Below, in pieces: positions 36,701 through 48,299 of a stretch of DNA of 64,000 nucleotides (its first letter is position 1; every line of letters starts with the position of its first letter). Where the stretch lies: assembly GCA_001643675.2 (NCBI GenBank), contig LSRY02000003.1, forward strand, positions 744,001-808,000, read 5' to 3'. The notes beneath the pieces are model-generated. The model saw only the letters and a list, made by a program, of their open reading frames with translations. It was not told the origin of the DNA and searched no databases. The stretch is from Monocercomonoides exilis PA203. Its lineage: Eukaryota; Protista; Preaxostyla. Position numbers and translations under genes: made by a program.

Positions 36701-39700
36701 AGAAAAAAAGAAAAAAAGTTCACAAAACAGTTGTTAAATAATTATTATTTGAATATAAAATCTCTTTGTAATGAAAACAACCTTTGGAAAACAAATACCC
36801 AGAAAAAAGTTATGATTTCAAATATAATCACAGGAATATTTTCAGATTGTGGAGCATATGGAGCAATCCTCAAAAGACGAAGAAGTGAAAAGAATATAAA
36901 GTTGAAAAGCTTCATGATTTTCTTTTCAGAAAAGTTCAATATAGAAGTCAAATGTTAAAAAGCAATTGGACACAGCAAAAATATCTTCCCAATCTTCTGA
37001 TTCCGTTTGAAAATGGTTTGATGAACTTTCGCAGATTGTTAACGAGAAAGAAATAGTCTCATCAGGCATCTTTAATTTTGATGAAACTTCACTTCATCTG
37101 TGTGAGGATTCTTGCAAACTTGTGGTTTGTCTGCAAAACCAGAAACCTCCTTCAACTCTTTCTCCGAAAAAGACTTCTAACACGACATAGTGCTTATGTG
37201 CCTGCTTAGTTGGCTCATGTTTGTCGTCTTTTCTTCTTTGGCCTGGGTCGAAAATTCCAGTGGTATTTCGTACACTGTCATCGTTAAACATTAATAATAT
37301 CTTTGCATCTTCAGAATAGATTCCTTCAAAAATCTTCGAAAAAATCACGCTCGATCATTGGCTTGATAATTTAGAAAAATAGATGAAAGATGGAGGAGTG
37401 AAATCTGCATCGTTCCTGATGGATAACCATTCTTCTCACAGAAGTGAAGCTGTTGAAATAGTTGCAACAAAGAAAAACATCATCAAAAAAAAGTTTCCTC
37501 CGAATTTAACCCATCTTCTTTAAATGTGCGATAGTTCTATTTTTGCAAGGTTTAAAAAACTTGCAACAATAACTTCAAAACTTCATCTGATCATTCTTTT
37601 TCCGTATTTCGCTTAACTGTCTTTGACATTCTCCCAGAAGCTCTTTCTACATCCACAACTTCATCAATAATAAAATATGCATTCTAACAAACAGGTGGTT
37701 GGCAGGATAAAGCTGCTCTGAAGTTGGATAGAACAAAAGGAGATCCAGAAAGAAACCAATCATTAGATGTTGAAAAAAAACAAAGAACAATCATATGGAA
37801 GATTTTCTTTAAAGAAAAAGAAATATGAAGAAAAAGCTTTAGGGGACTTGAAAATCGATAATGAAAAAGGCTAAACGTTTATGAATCGAAAAGACAAAGA
37901 AAGAAAACAGATAGTTAACAATTATAAATTTGTTTTTATCTTAATTTTTTGATAAGTTTCTTTTGTTTAATTTTCAAAAGAATAAAAAATTCATATTTCG
38001 AGAAAATTTCTGTTTCCACTTACCAAATTTTGTTGTAATGAAAACAAAATCTTGACAATGTTATTATTTCCATTTTTATGAATTTTCTTGATTGGAAACT
38101 GTAATTTGATCGATATATGAAATTTAAATTTTATTTGAAAATTTAACAAAAGGAACTTCACAAAAAAATTTAGACATTTTTGGGAAAAAAAATGAAAGAT
38201 TTCAGAGAACATTTATTGTGTTTAAAGAGAAAAGAAGACAAAAATGAAAAAATAAAGAAAAGAAAAAGCAGGCAGTTGCAGGAGAACCAGAAACAGAATG
38301 AAATAAAAAAGGAGATACTTAAGAATCGATTAAAACAACTTCAAAAAAGATCACAATAAATTTTTTAATATTTAATTCATATTCAGTTCATAATTTTTCA
38401 TTGGATTCATCGTCCAGTCAGAAAAACAACAGAAAAACTTCTGATGTGTTTCTGGGAAGAATAATTATCAAAGATTTTCATTCGTTGTTCATATTGGAAT
38501 TAAATTTTCAATTCACTAAATTCAAAAAAGAAAACAACTTAAAAGGATTGTTATTAATTTTTCGATATCTGAAATTGCATAAAATCAAAAACAATTAAAT
38601 ATTGCTTTAATACAAAGTTTGTTTTGTTTAGAGAAAAATACAAACAACTGTCAATCGTTCCTTTCGAATGTGCGTCATTAAAAAAGCCAAAAAAAAATTC
38701 ATTATGTTAATAAATTTCTCACAGAATGCAAAAGGAAAAGATAAGAATTTAATTGATTTTTGAAAAGAATTTTTCTGTTAAGTATTATTGCAAACTATTT
38801 GGTGGAATTATTATTTGGATAAAACAAGATTGTTCATTTTCAGAAACGTTTCTCCGGTTTTTGGAAAAAGTCACGGGTTTCTGAACAATGAAATGTGAAA
38901 AGAGAAAAAATGATAATTCACTGGAGCATAATCATTAGCATTTTCAAAAACCGGAAAAAATCTCATGCTATCTACAAGGCTCAAAGCCTCAGAAGGATTC
39001 AGAATAACTTAGAATGAAATGTCAATCAATTACACAAAACATGATCCTTCTGTTTGTCTTTTATAAGAGAACAGAAAATGTATTATTTGAAGGTCTTTTA
39101 TAATAAAAGTCTCACAAATATTAGAAAAATTATTATTGAGTTGAAAGAGATTTTTGAATGTTGGGTTTTATTCTTCCAGAAGAACATTTCATAAACAGAA
39201 CTTTGCATTTGAGGTGAGCCAGTTAACTGTCAGGCACTCTCAAAGACGAAAATAGTTTTCATTGCTTCTTTTGTGCAACCCGGTTTGATGTTGAATCATT
39301 CATCTACGGTGTTTATTACATATTCGTCATGATTTTTTCTTCTGCTTCAATTTTCACTTCGATTGATTTGATGCACATTCGATGGAGATAATGCATTCTC
39401 AATGTTAATGAAAAGTTTGTTTTGTTCGAAAGAATCCGTAATACACTCCAAATGCCATGAAGTAATAGAAACTGGAAGAAGTTATAGGACAACGGATTAC
39501 ACGGATTAAATTTTTAAAAAAAAGAGAGTTGATTTTGAATGGAATCAAAGAAAAAAAAAGAATCGAAGAGAATGAAGTGAAGAAGAAGAAGAAAAAAATA
39601 GATTTTGAACGATGAGAATTACAGAGCTGATAAAAATATTCACAAAGAAATCTAATGATCAATCTCATCAGATGTGCACTTCAAGGATTTAGCATATTGT

Positions 39701-40152
39701 TTTAACAAAATGGGTGATTCTTTTTGAAAAGTCATAAATGTTTAATTTTCAAATAAAATTAAATTTTCATATTTTGCTCAAATTTCTGTTTCAGCTCACA
39801 AATCTCCTCAAGTATGTTTGAAATAGCATAATCAATGAATAGATTTGATTGAAGTGAAGTATGATATTAGTTAACAGAAATTTGAGCAAAAAATGAAAAT
39901 TTAATTTTATTTGAAAATTAAACATTTATGACTTTTCAAAAAGAATCACCCATATATCAAAATTTTCATTTATTGCTCAAATTTCTGTTTTTACTCACAA
40001 ATCTTCTTCAGAATGTGTGAAATAGCATTATCAAGAAATTGATACCTTTAAAGTGAAGTTTGATATTTGTTAACAAAATATTTAGCAAAATATGAAATTT
40101 TTGATTTATTTGAAAATTAAACATTTGTGACTTTTCAAAAAGAATTACTTAT
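33779..40152. repeat. Right arm of the 15.2-kb palindrome
   Basis: Reverse complement of 24987-31362. Confidence 0.95.
33999..34211 (-). CDS. Second copy of the 70-aa TIR protein
   Basis: Identical translation to 30931..31143. Confidence 0.65.
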   Translation of the reverse strand: MGRKKIYTTVEEAKAAQQKQIKQFQEKRKEETMYYNEHVSEKQKKLIKILRRKLIENDELLDEMMEKVNG

Positions 40153-40154
40153 AT

Positions 40155-41190
40155 CTTTCTTCTTCATGGGATGTGTGTTTCCCATTAGAGAAGTGGAAGT
40201 GTTATAAGTTAAAGAAGAAGAAGATATGTCAAGATGAGTCCCAACTTTACCTGTGATTCCTTGATGTTTCCACTTACCACCTGACCCTTCTGATCCAGGC
40301 TCTTCTTATTCTTCGCAATCCTTGCAACAATTTGCATCACCTTCTCCTTCATAACAACAGGCTGCTCCTTCTTGTCCTTCTCCTCTGCCTTGTGCTTCTC
40401 GCTCTGCTCCATATTCTTTCTTTGATTCGTCTGAATGATCCTTTCATCCTCAGCCCATTCTTTTTCTACTACATCTGCTCCATTTCCTTTTCACACATCT
40501 TCTTTTTTTTCTTCCAGCAAATGCAGCTCAATCGCTGAATATGACAGAATAACATCTTCCATCATTCATCTTTAGCTCCGTCGAATCTAGCGCCTTTTCC
40601 ACTTTCTCCTCTATCCTTCATTCAACAACCATTCGCCTCCTCACTTTGTTGTCCAGGTTCATCACTCCACACTCTTCAAATTCTGCCAAAGGGATCACAA
40701 CCTCACAATCACCAACAGAAGCAGCGAATGGAAAAATTGAATGTAGGTGAACAGGAGGGAATACATATTTTCCTCCACAAATACCCTCATTCTTTTCAAC
40801 TTCTTTCTCCATCAACGCAAAAAGCAACGGAAACATCAAAACCAGATGAACTGAAAACATATCCGAAAGCCCCACGTTGCGGGCATAAGCACACCATTTC
40901 CATTCGACACAGCCTGCCGTTCAACAGCATAACCCAAATTTATCCTCATTGTTTGCAATTACAACTTCTTGCAATTTGCATTCACTCCAGTGGCCTCAAG
41001 CACCACAATTCGAAGTTTCCTTTCTATGTTTTCAGCAGTTGATGAAAACGAGTGTGATGTCACCACAACAAACATTTTTGAAAAGTCAATCGATGCCACA
41101 ATGACATTAACGATGAGTACTCATCCCCACTATCTTCTTTTCTTCACATATCATCAACCAAATAGGAAAAATTATAGTGCACAATGTCAT
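40155..41190 (-). pseudogene. Decayed host multigene-family fragment
   Basis: Coding-like composition, short ORFs 40209..40412 and 40618..40875; cut at the palindrome boundary. Confidence 0.4.
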
Positions 41191-42799
41191 TAGAATGGCA
41201 GTGAATAATTTGATTTTTCGAAAATCAAATGATAGTATTCAAAAATTCCATAAATTGAACAAAAATACAATGAAACTCTGTTATAATCACCTCGGTTGTA
41301 ATCAAGACTGCGAATAATAACATTTTTTCGTGCATAAAAAAATTAACCATTTTTCCTTGTGTAAATTTATCGGTTATAAGCACACAAAAATCGCGAATAA
41401 TGACAAAATTTACAAAATATATGGGTATTTTTCTGTTTATTTTTGAATTTTTGGAAAAATAAAGGCTGATATATTTTTTTTTATTATTAACAATAAAGTT
41501 CATTGAAACGTTGAAAATTGAAAAATCGAAACAAATGTGTGGATTTCAATAAGTATAGAAAAAATTATTTTTTCATCTTTTCCAATTTTTTCTGGAAAAT
41601 TTTACAATGAAATAACAGTTTAGGTTTTAATCAAGTTCGGTTGAAATCACAAAAAATCGTGCAAAATGAATTGTGATAATTACCAAGCTTCACTGTATTA
41701 GTTAATGAAATTGGTATCTCTTTTCACAATTGAACTTTGATTTCAATGAGTTGTTTTTTTTGTCGAATATGATTTTTGATGTTTATCTCAGTTGTTTTTA
41801 ATAATAACTTTAATTTCAGCATTCATTCGTATTAATTATCATATGTGTTCTGAAATTACAATTCGTTTCATGATAATTTGCTTATTAAGTGATTCAAAAG
41901 TGGAAGAATTCTCATTTTTAAATGTTTTTCAATAATCCAAAATTCAAATTTGATTATTGAACTATTAATTAGAAGAAGAAAGAAATGTTAAAAAGCAAAG
42001 CAGTTGTTGAAAACATCAAAACTATTCCTCAAAATGCTGAAATGAAAAATAACAAATTTCTAATATGATTTGGCAATATTATTACTCGGCAAACATATTT
42101 TATCATTGTTCATTGAATTGGAATGTGATTTTTTTATGAATTTGCAATGAACGCAATCTCTTTATTGACAGTCAGTTATACAAATGAAAAAAACAAATTT
42201 CATTCATATAAAAACATGGAAACAGAATTATCTACAGTTTTTAATAGTTAAATGATCTTTTTCGAATCAAACAATATTTATTGTCTTTTCTTTAAAAAAA
42301 GTTCACTTTGTGGTTTGAAAGAGATGTTGTTGACAAGGTTGTGTTTTCAAATAAAATGTCATTTTCCTAATAATTCTTAAATGCAACCGATTAATTATCA
42401 ACAACTCTTTAATTGGAGTTTCATTAATTGGTCTTCGTAACAACCAAACTCATAAATGTTATTTATTTTGCTCTTCCTGTTTCAATCTCTCAAATCGTCA
42501 CCTTTGTCTCTATTTTTCCTATCTTTTCCTTTCGCCGTTGGTTAATTGTGTTTGAAGCCAGTTCATTCTGCGTGTTTGACGTTGTGGTGGTTGCACAAGA
42601 AGGGGGCACTTGGAGTTAACAGTCCGTATGAACAGTTTTGCAGGATGGTTTGCTGAAAATGATAACTGGATGGGTTGCAAGAGATGCTTGTGAGATGTGC
42701 AACGAGGGATCCATCATTTCTGACGTTATTGGTTCTGGAAGCTGAAGCAATTGTGAATGAAAAACATCTACCAAGGGTGATTGAATAAAGAAGGTGAGA

Positions 42800-43680
42800 A
42801 GCCTTCTGGAGAAGTCAGAGTCAATATTTGCTGCATTTCAGCTTATATGTTGGAAGAAAAATATTATCGTGAAAGTGTATGTGCTTTAGGCAACAACTTT
42901 GCGTGATGTGCGATAAGCACCTCTGGCTCACCCTTCAAGGAGTCAGCTGAAATAGATAATTCTTTTATTGCGTACGGAATGAATTTTTTTTGGAACAGCT
43001 TCCTGATTTATCATCCGTTTTTCCAGTTTTCTAACTCCGTTAATTAAAAGAAGCATTTTCCTGAATGTTGTTGAAAGAAACGTGTCACGATAATGATATG
43101 TCTCCTTCAGTCTCCTTCATAACTCCAAAAGGGCTTTTCAAGAAATTATTTTCCCTTGATCCAGTCTCATGGCAGCGATAGTTTTGAACGACCGTTGCAA
43201 GTGTGTCTTCACCATCATATTCAAGTAGGTTTCATCCTGCGTGATAATTGTTCGTTGCATGGAGATGGTGGGTAACTTAGCAAAGTAGAACGTTGAAAAT
43301 AACATGCATAAAACGATGCATTTTAATGTGAGATCATAAAAGTTGAGCTGCTCATTCGTAGGTTGTCTTTCATGGAAATCAAAAAATTGATTTGGCGACC
43401 ACATTGAGGTATACGGTGTTCGAGGGATTTGACTTCTGGCAAGCGATCTGAAGATAGAGTTCACAATTGCTGCTTCTCCTTGGACAACTTTACACGAGTT
43501 TTAAAATGAGTGACATAGCTGAGCGTGTTTGACTGAACACCGAATAAGAAATTCCGTTGTCCCTTAAAGAAATAAAGCTGATGCGACAGCCTTTTATTCA
43601 ACAACTCCACTCATTCTGGCACTCAGTTCCATCCAGAAAGCCTGTCGTCTTGCAATATAAAGCACATCCATGAGAAAACA
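42800..43680 (-). pseudogene. Tyrosine recombinase remnant
   Basis: 'LTLKCIVLCMLFSTFYFAKL..MMVKT' and 'KFIPYAIKELSIS..IAHHA..TLSR*Y' resemble DIRS YR boxes; catalytic residues degenerate. Confidence 0.65.
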
Positions 43681-43785
43681 CAATCCACGTGTTCTTGCAC
43701 ACACTCCCTCTCAATTCCAAGGCAATTCTATTGTAAATGTTGTTTCTCTCTGCTGTTCTGAAATAAAACTGTTCACCTCTCTGTC

Positions 43786-45277
43786 TTACCATAAATTTGC
43801 TGCCATGTACTGTCCCGGTGGAAGCGTTGCACCCGCTTGAGTCATTCCCATTCCAGGCTTCAAACAATAATTGCTGTGATTCCAGATTATGCAACGCGTC
43901 ATTAACTTGTCCAAGAGCTGATTCCACACCTGCCCTCTCCAATTCGGTAGGAGCAGAATTGCTCTCACTTTCTCTGCTGCTATCTTCCGAAGCGTCGGAA
44001 GCAAAAGCGGAATTGGAGGATGTGCCCAAACTATCTCCTGACTCCACTTCCATGCGAGACCGTCTTCGCATATGTGGCTTCCTGGTCCGCACCACCTTCT
44101 TAGTTTGTGGTTTCGTCTTGAGGCGAACGCGTCGATGGTTGGTTGAACATTCATTTCTTGTGGAACTTCTTCTATGGCTTCGTTGTTTATTTGGTAGTCC
44201 CCCGCTCGCTCCAGGCGAGACAGAGCGTCTGCTTCTGTATTTTTCGCTCCCGGAATATGAACTGCTTTCACTACTAGCTGTTCCTTAGTCACAAGGCTGT
44301 GAATCCTCTTCAATAGACATCTCAGATTTCTTCCTGCTCCTCAACGATTGATGTTGAAAACTGCTGACGCGTTGTCCGATCTGATCAGCAGGCGCTTCAT
44401 TTTTTGCTCCCTGAGCCGTGGGGGGAGGTGCAGGAGTGATAGTAATATTGCCAGCAACTCCTGTAAGTTGGATGATTGTGTTCTGGCTGCCTGACTGAAT
44501 AATCTGATGAAGGTGGATTTTTTTCGAGCAAATTTGCAGGATTGCTCCCTCAGCTGTTGGCGATGCATCCGTTGTCAATATAAACTGTCAAGGTTGCAAT
44601 AAGTTGAGCCTGTGTGTCTGGTTGTGGAGTAGACGGGTTTGCAAGAACTGTATTTGGCCATATACATTGTGACTGAGTCGGAATGATCCATCCCACCCTG
44701 TCTTTTTGACTGCCTTGGTTAGGGATTTGTAAAGCGTATTCATGTGCAGGGATGCATCCTGTGCAACAAACCTGATTGCACTGATTGATCCCACAAATCC
44801 CGCATTATGCCTCGTTCTCACTTGCACGTTTCTCATAACGATCCTTGCTCATCTCTTGCACATTGTACACAAGCTCATCCTCCTCTCCTGTTCTAAGCAA
44901 ACACTCATCTAGTTCGTTTTCCATATCCATCCCAGATACGTGAATACTTGCTTAAGAGCTGTCTCACTCTTCTCTTTGTTGATGATGATACATAGCGTTC
45001 CGAATTACTGAGCAATTTTTTGTGTAATTATTGAAAGCTCTTCTGCATCTTTTGAAGGGAAGAGCATGTTATCGATATAAGAAACACAGCGAACTTTCCA
45101 TCCGTTTCTCACTTTCTTTGCTGCCTCTCGCATTACCTTTGCAAAGATGCGCGGAGCATCTTTCATTACGAATGGCATGCCTTCGAATGCGAATCACTTG
45201 TTATCGAGCTTGAATACAAGGAAATGGATGAATGATTCGCTCACTGGAATTTGGAAATATGCTTGGAAGATGTCTGG
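43786..45277 (-). pseudogene. RT-RNase H-methyltransferase pol remnant
   Basis: RT 'DIFQAYFQIPV', 'GMPFVMKDAPRIF', 'YIDN', 'INKEKS..FTYLG'; RNase H 'TTDAS', 'IRSDN', 'HIPGAKNTEADALSR'; MT 'IDAFAS..VWAHPPIPLL'. Confidence 0.88.
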
Positions 45278-45943
45278 TGATATTGGTGATTTTTTTTTTC
45301 ATATCATAAAAGAAGACCAAAAATCGAAAAAGAAATAAAATTTTGGGCTGTTGTGATCAATCAATTTTTTTGAAAAGGATAAATTGTTTTTCGAAAATAT
45401 TCAAAAATATCAACAAAATATCCTTTTTGCATTATTTTTAAGTTAAATAAATTTTTCCTGAACATTTTTGAATGATTCATTTTTTTAAAAAAAAAGAACA
45501 ATAAAATATTTATTTAAAATAAGAATGGTTTTCAAATTTTTTTATCATAAATTGTTTTTCAAACGATGTTAATTAATGAACAAAATATGACATTATTTAT
45601 TTATTGATTTATTTTTTCTTCTTTCAAAGAATTAGATTTTTATAGTTAAAAAATGTTTATTCATTCAAAATCAATTTTTCTTTCATATTAGTTCTCTTTG
45701 AAGGAAATATTTTTTTTTGAAAACAACTTATAACCTTATATTGTCGTTAATCAAGGAAAAAATAATTAATATTCAATTATTCACAGAGTTGAATTATCAT
45801 TCAATTTAAAATTATCATTTTTTTCAAAAAGAGTTTTCAAAAAATTTCAAACAATAATTTTAAATTATTATTTCGAAAAAAAACAAAAAAGAAAAATAAT
45901 GAATAGAGAAGTTAAATTTGATTTTTTGCAATTAAGAAAATTC

Positions 45944-48088
45944 TCAAAAATAAAAATCAAAAAAAAAATGAAAAGAATTATGATATTTCACTTTTTTTGA
46001 AAAAACAAATAGAAGGATGAAAATTTTCCAAAGCGAGATGATTCCAATAATCATTCCATTTTTCAGGAATAATTTCTGAAACAATATGATCATTACACTC
46101 AATAAACTTTGAAATGAACTAGGTTTAGAAACATCTTCTTTCACAACGGCCAAGAAATGCCCTTGCTTATAAAGAACACTTGAATGAATGACACATCCAA
46201 CTAATTCATAAACAACAACATCATCAACAGAACTTGAAGTTAAAAATGAATCTTCAGAGGAAACCTTTGGATCAAATATTTTTAAATCCTCAGGCCCTAA
46301 CCCTGAATCAACAAAATGAATAGTAAGAGGAGGAGCTGTAACAGTGAAAAAATCACCAACGTTGAACAAAACACTTAACACTTTTGGAAAATACAAAAAG
46401 CGAACATATTTCAATAATTGTCTATCTTTGTGACATGAAACACACTCTCCTTCTCTTTGCTCAACTAAAAATGAATTACAAGTTAATAAATCTTAAAGAC
46501 CAGAAACTACATCTGATCCTCTAATTGCAACAAAAAACTGATCATCCCTTCTTGAAATGGAGTAATCATTACAATGAACACACATTATAACATTTTGTGA
46601 AATGATAAAAAACATATCGATTATTTCATTACAATTTTTGGAAAGAACTTTGAGAAGTCTTTCAAAAACAACAGACAGTTCTTTTGGCTGATTCTTTCCT
46701 CCAAGATAAATGTCGTAAAATTTATTTATTTGTCCTCCATCCCATACATTAAAATTAAACAAAGAGATTCGAAGAAGATGAAACAGCTGCTTGAATGTTT
46801 TTTGCATACTGTTCATTTTTGAAATGACTATAAATTCAAGATCAAGAGAAGCCAAACACTGACAAATGGCAGAAAGAGAGCACACGCTGCCATTATTTTT
46901 CAATCCTCTTTGAGAAAAAAGAAGAATTGAAACGCACGATCTTGAATTAACTTTCGAAGATAATGAAGAAGAAGATGATGAAGAAGAATTTTGCATTTTT
47001 AATTGTTTCGTTATTTTGGAAAAAAAAGTCGAATGTTTTTTGCATCCCTTTGCTTCTTTTTTATTTATGTGAATTGAAGAAGTGGCTTCAAAAGAAACAC
47101 AAAAATCATTGATATGATGTGTTAATGAAAAAGAATCTTTTTCTTCACTAACTTTGAAAATGTTTGTGGTAATTTGAGGAGAAGGTTGTTGCTGTTGCTG
47201 TTGCTGTTGAGTTTGGAAATTCTGCATTGATGTGATGGATGAAGGAGAAAAAGAAGATGAAGAGGAGGAAGAAAAGGAGGAAGAAGAAGAAGAAGAAGAA
47301 GAAGAAGAAAAAAGAGGAGGAGAAGAAGGAGAAAATGATGATGACAATGCAGGTGCAGTAGCATGTGCAGATGACTGGGGTGGCTGTGCTGACTGTTCAG
47401 AAGCATCACTCGAAGTGGCATTATCAGCAGTGGTGCCAGAAGCAAGCAGTGAATCAGCAGAATACAAAGAGAATGTGGATGACTGGGCTTTTTGCTCAAC
47501 AGAAGTGAAATGGAATGTACTTTCGATAGGCATCAGTGAAGGAATACGAGCAGAGATCGAGGCAGTAGAATAGAGGGAGGCAGGGTCAGATGCAGAGGAA
47601 GAGGAAAAGGAAGAAAAAGAAGAGAAAGAAGAAGGAGAATATGGAAGAGAGGGAGAAGGAGATGATAGAAATGAATGAGAGGATACTGAGAGGATATAAG
47701 GAGAAGAAGAGGGAATTGTTAATGTTGAATTTTCCTTTTGCATAATTTTATCCACTTCACAAATAATTTTGATAACTGGAGCTAACGAATATGAATAAAA
47801 TTCGCATTTTTTATTTGTTAGAAATGAATAGTTTAAAAATATCATAATCGATAATAAAAATAAAATAAGTTATAAATGAAAATCAAAAAGAAATATGCAA
47901 ACAGTAACACGATTTAATAAAATCGCGGAAAAGAAGATTTCCAAATTCTTCATCAAGCACAAAAGCTTTAAATAACAAAACAGCGCGCTCGTAAGGCATT
48001 TTTTTAAAAATGTTATCAATATATATTGCTTCCGATTTTATTAGTCTTTTTCGTGTGCTTCGATGTTCTTTAGTCGTGCTAAACATGA
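45944..48088 (-). pseudogene. Divergent ubiquitin-specific protease (peptidase C19)-like gene, interrupted
   Basis: Cys box 'RGLKNNGSVCSLSAICQCL', CxxC pairs, His box 'YELVGCVIH..QGHFLAVVK'; long Ser-rich N-terminus; stops or introns between ORFs. Confidence 0.7.
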
Positions 48089-48299
48089 AAAAAAGATAAA
48101 ATTTCCAGAAAATGAAATTATAATGGAAAGTTATCAACAATTTGTTTAAGCCAAAATATAAAAAAAAAATCTATCAATCGCTCATCAAAATTTGCAGAAC
48201 TTATGAAGAAACAAACATGAAAATGCAAAAACAAAAATCAAAAGATCTTTACAAAAAATAGTTTTTATGATAAAAAAAGCTACTGTTTCTTTAATTGTT

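Larger units (their letters stand above)
42560..45283 (-). mobile_element. 5'-truncated DIRS1-like tyrosine-recombinase retrotransposon
   Basis: Domain order RT - RNase H - adenine methyltransferase-like - tyrosine recombinase on the minus strand; ends approximate. Confidence 0.88.

Noticed and set aside
41197-42420. GGCAGTG.. start of an AT-rich block as a possible fourth Merlin-type end
   Set aside because: No matching inverted partner or TSD found.
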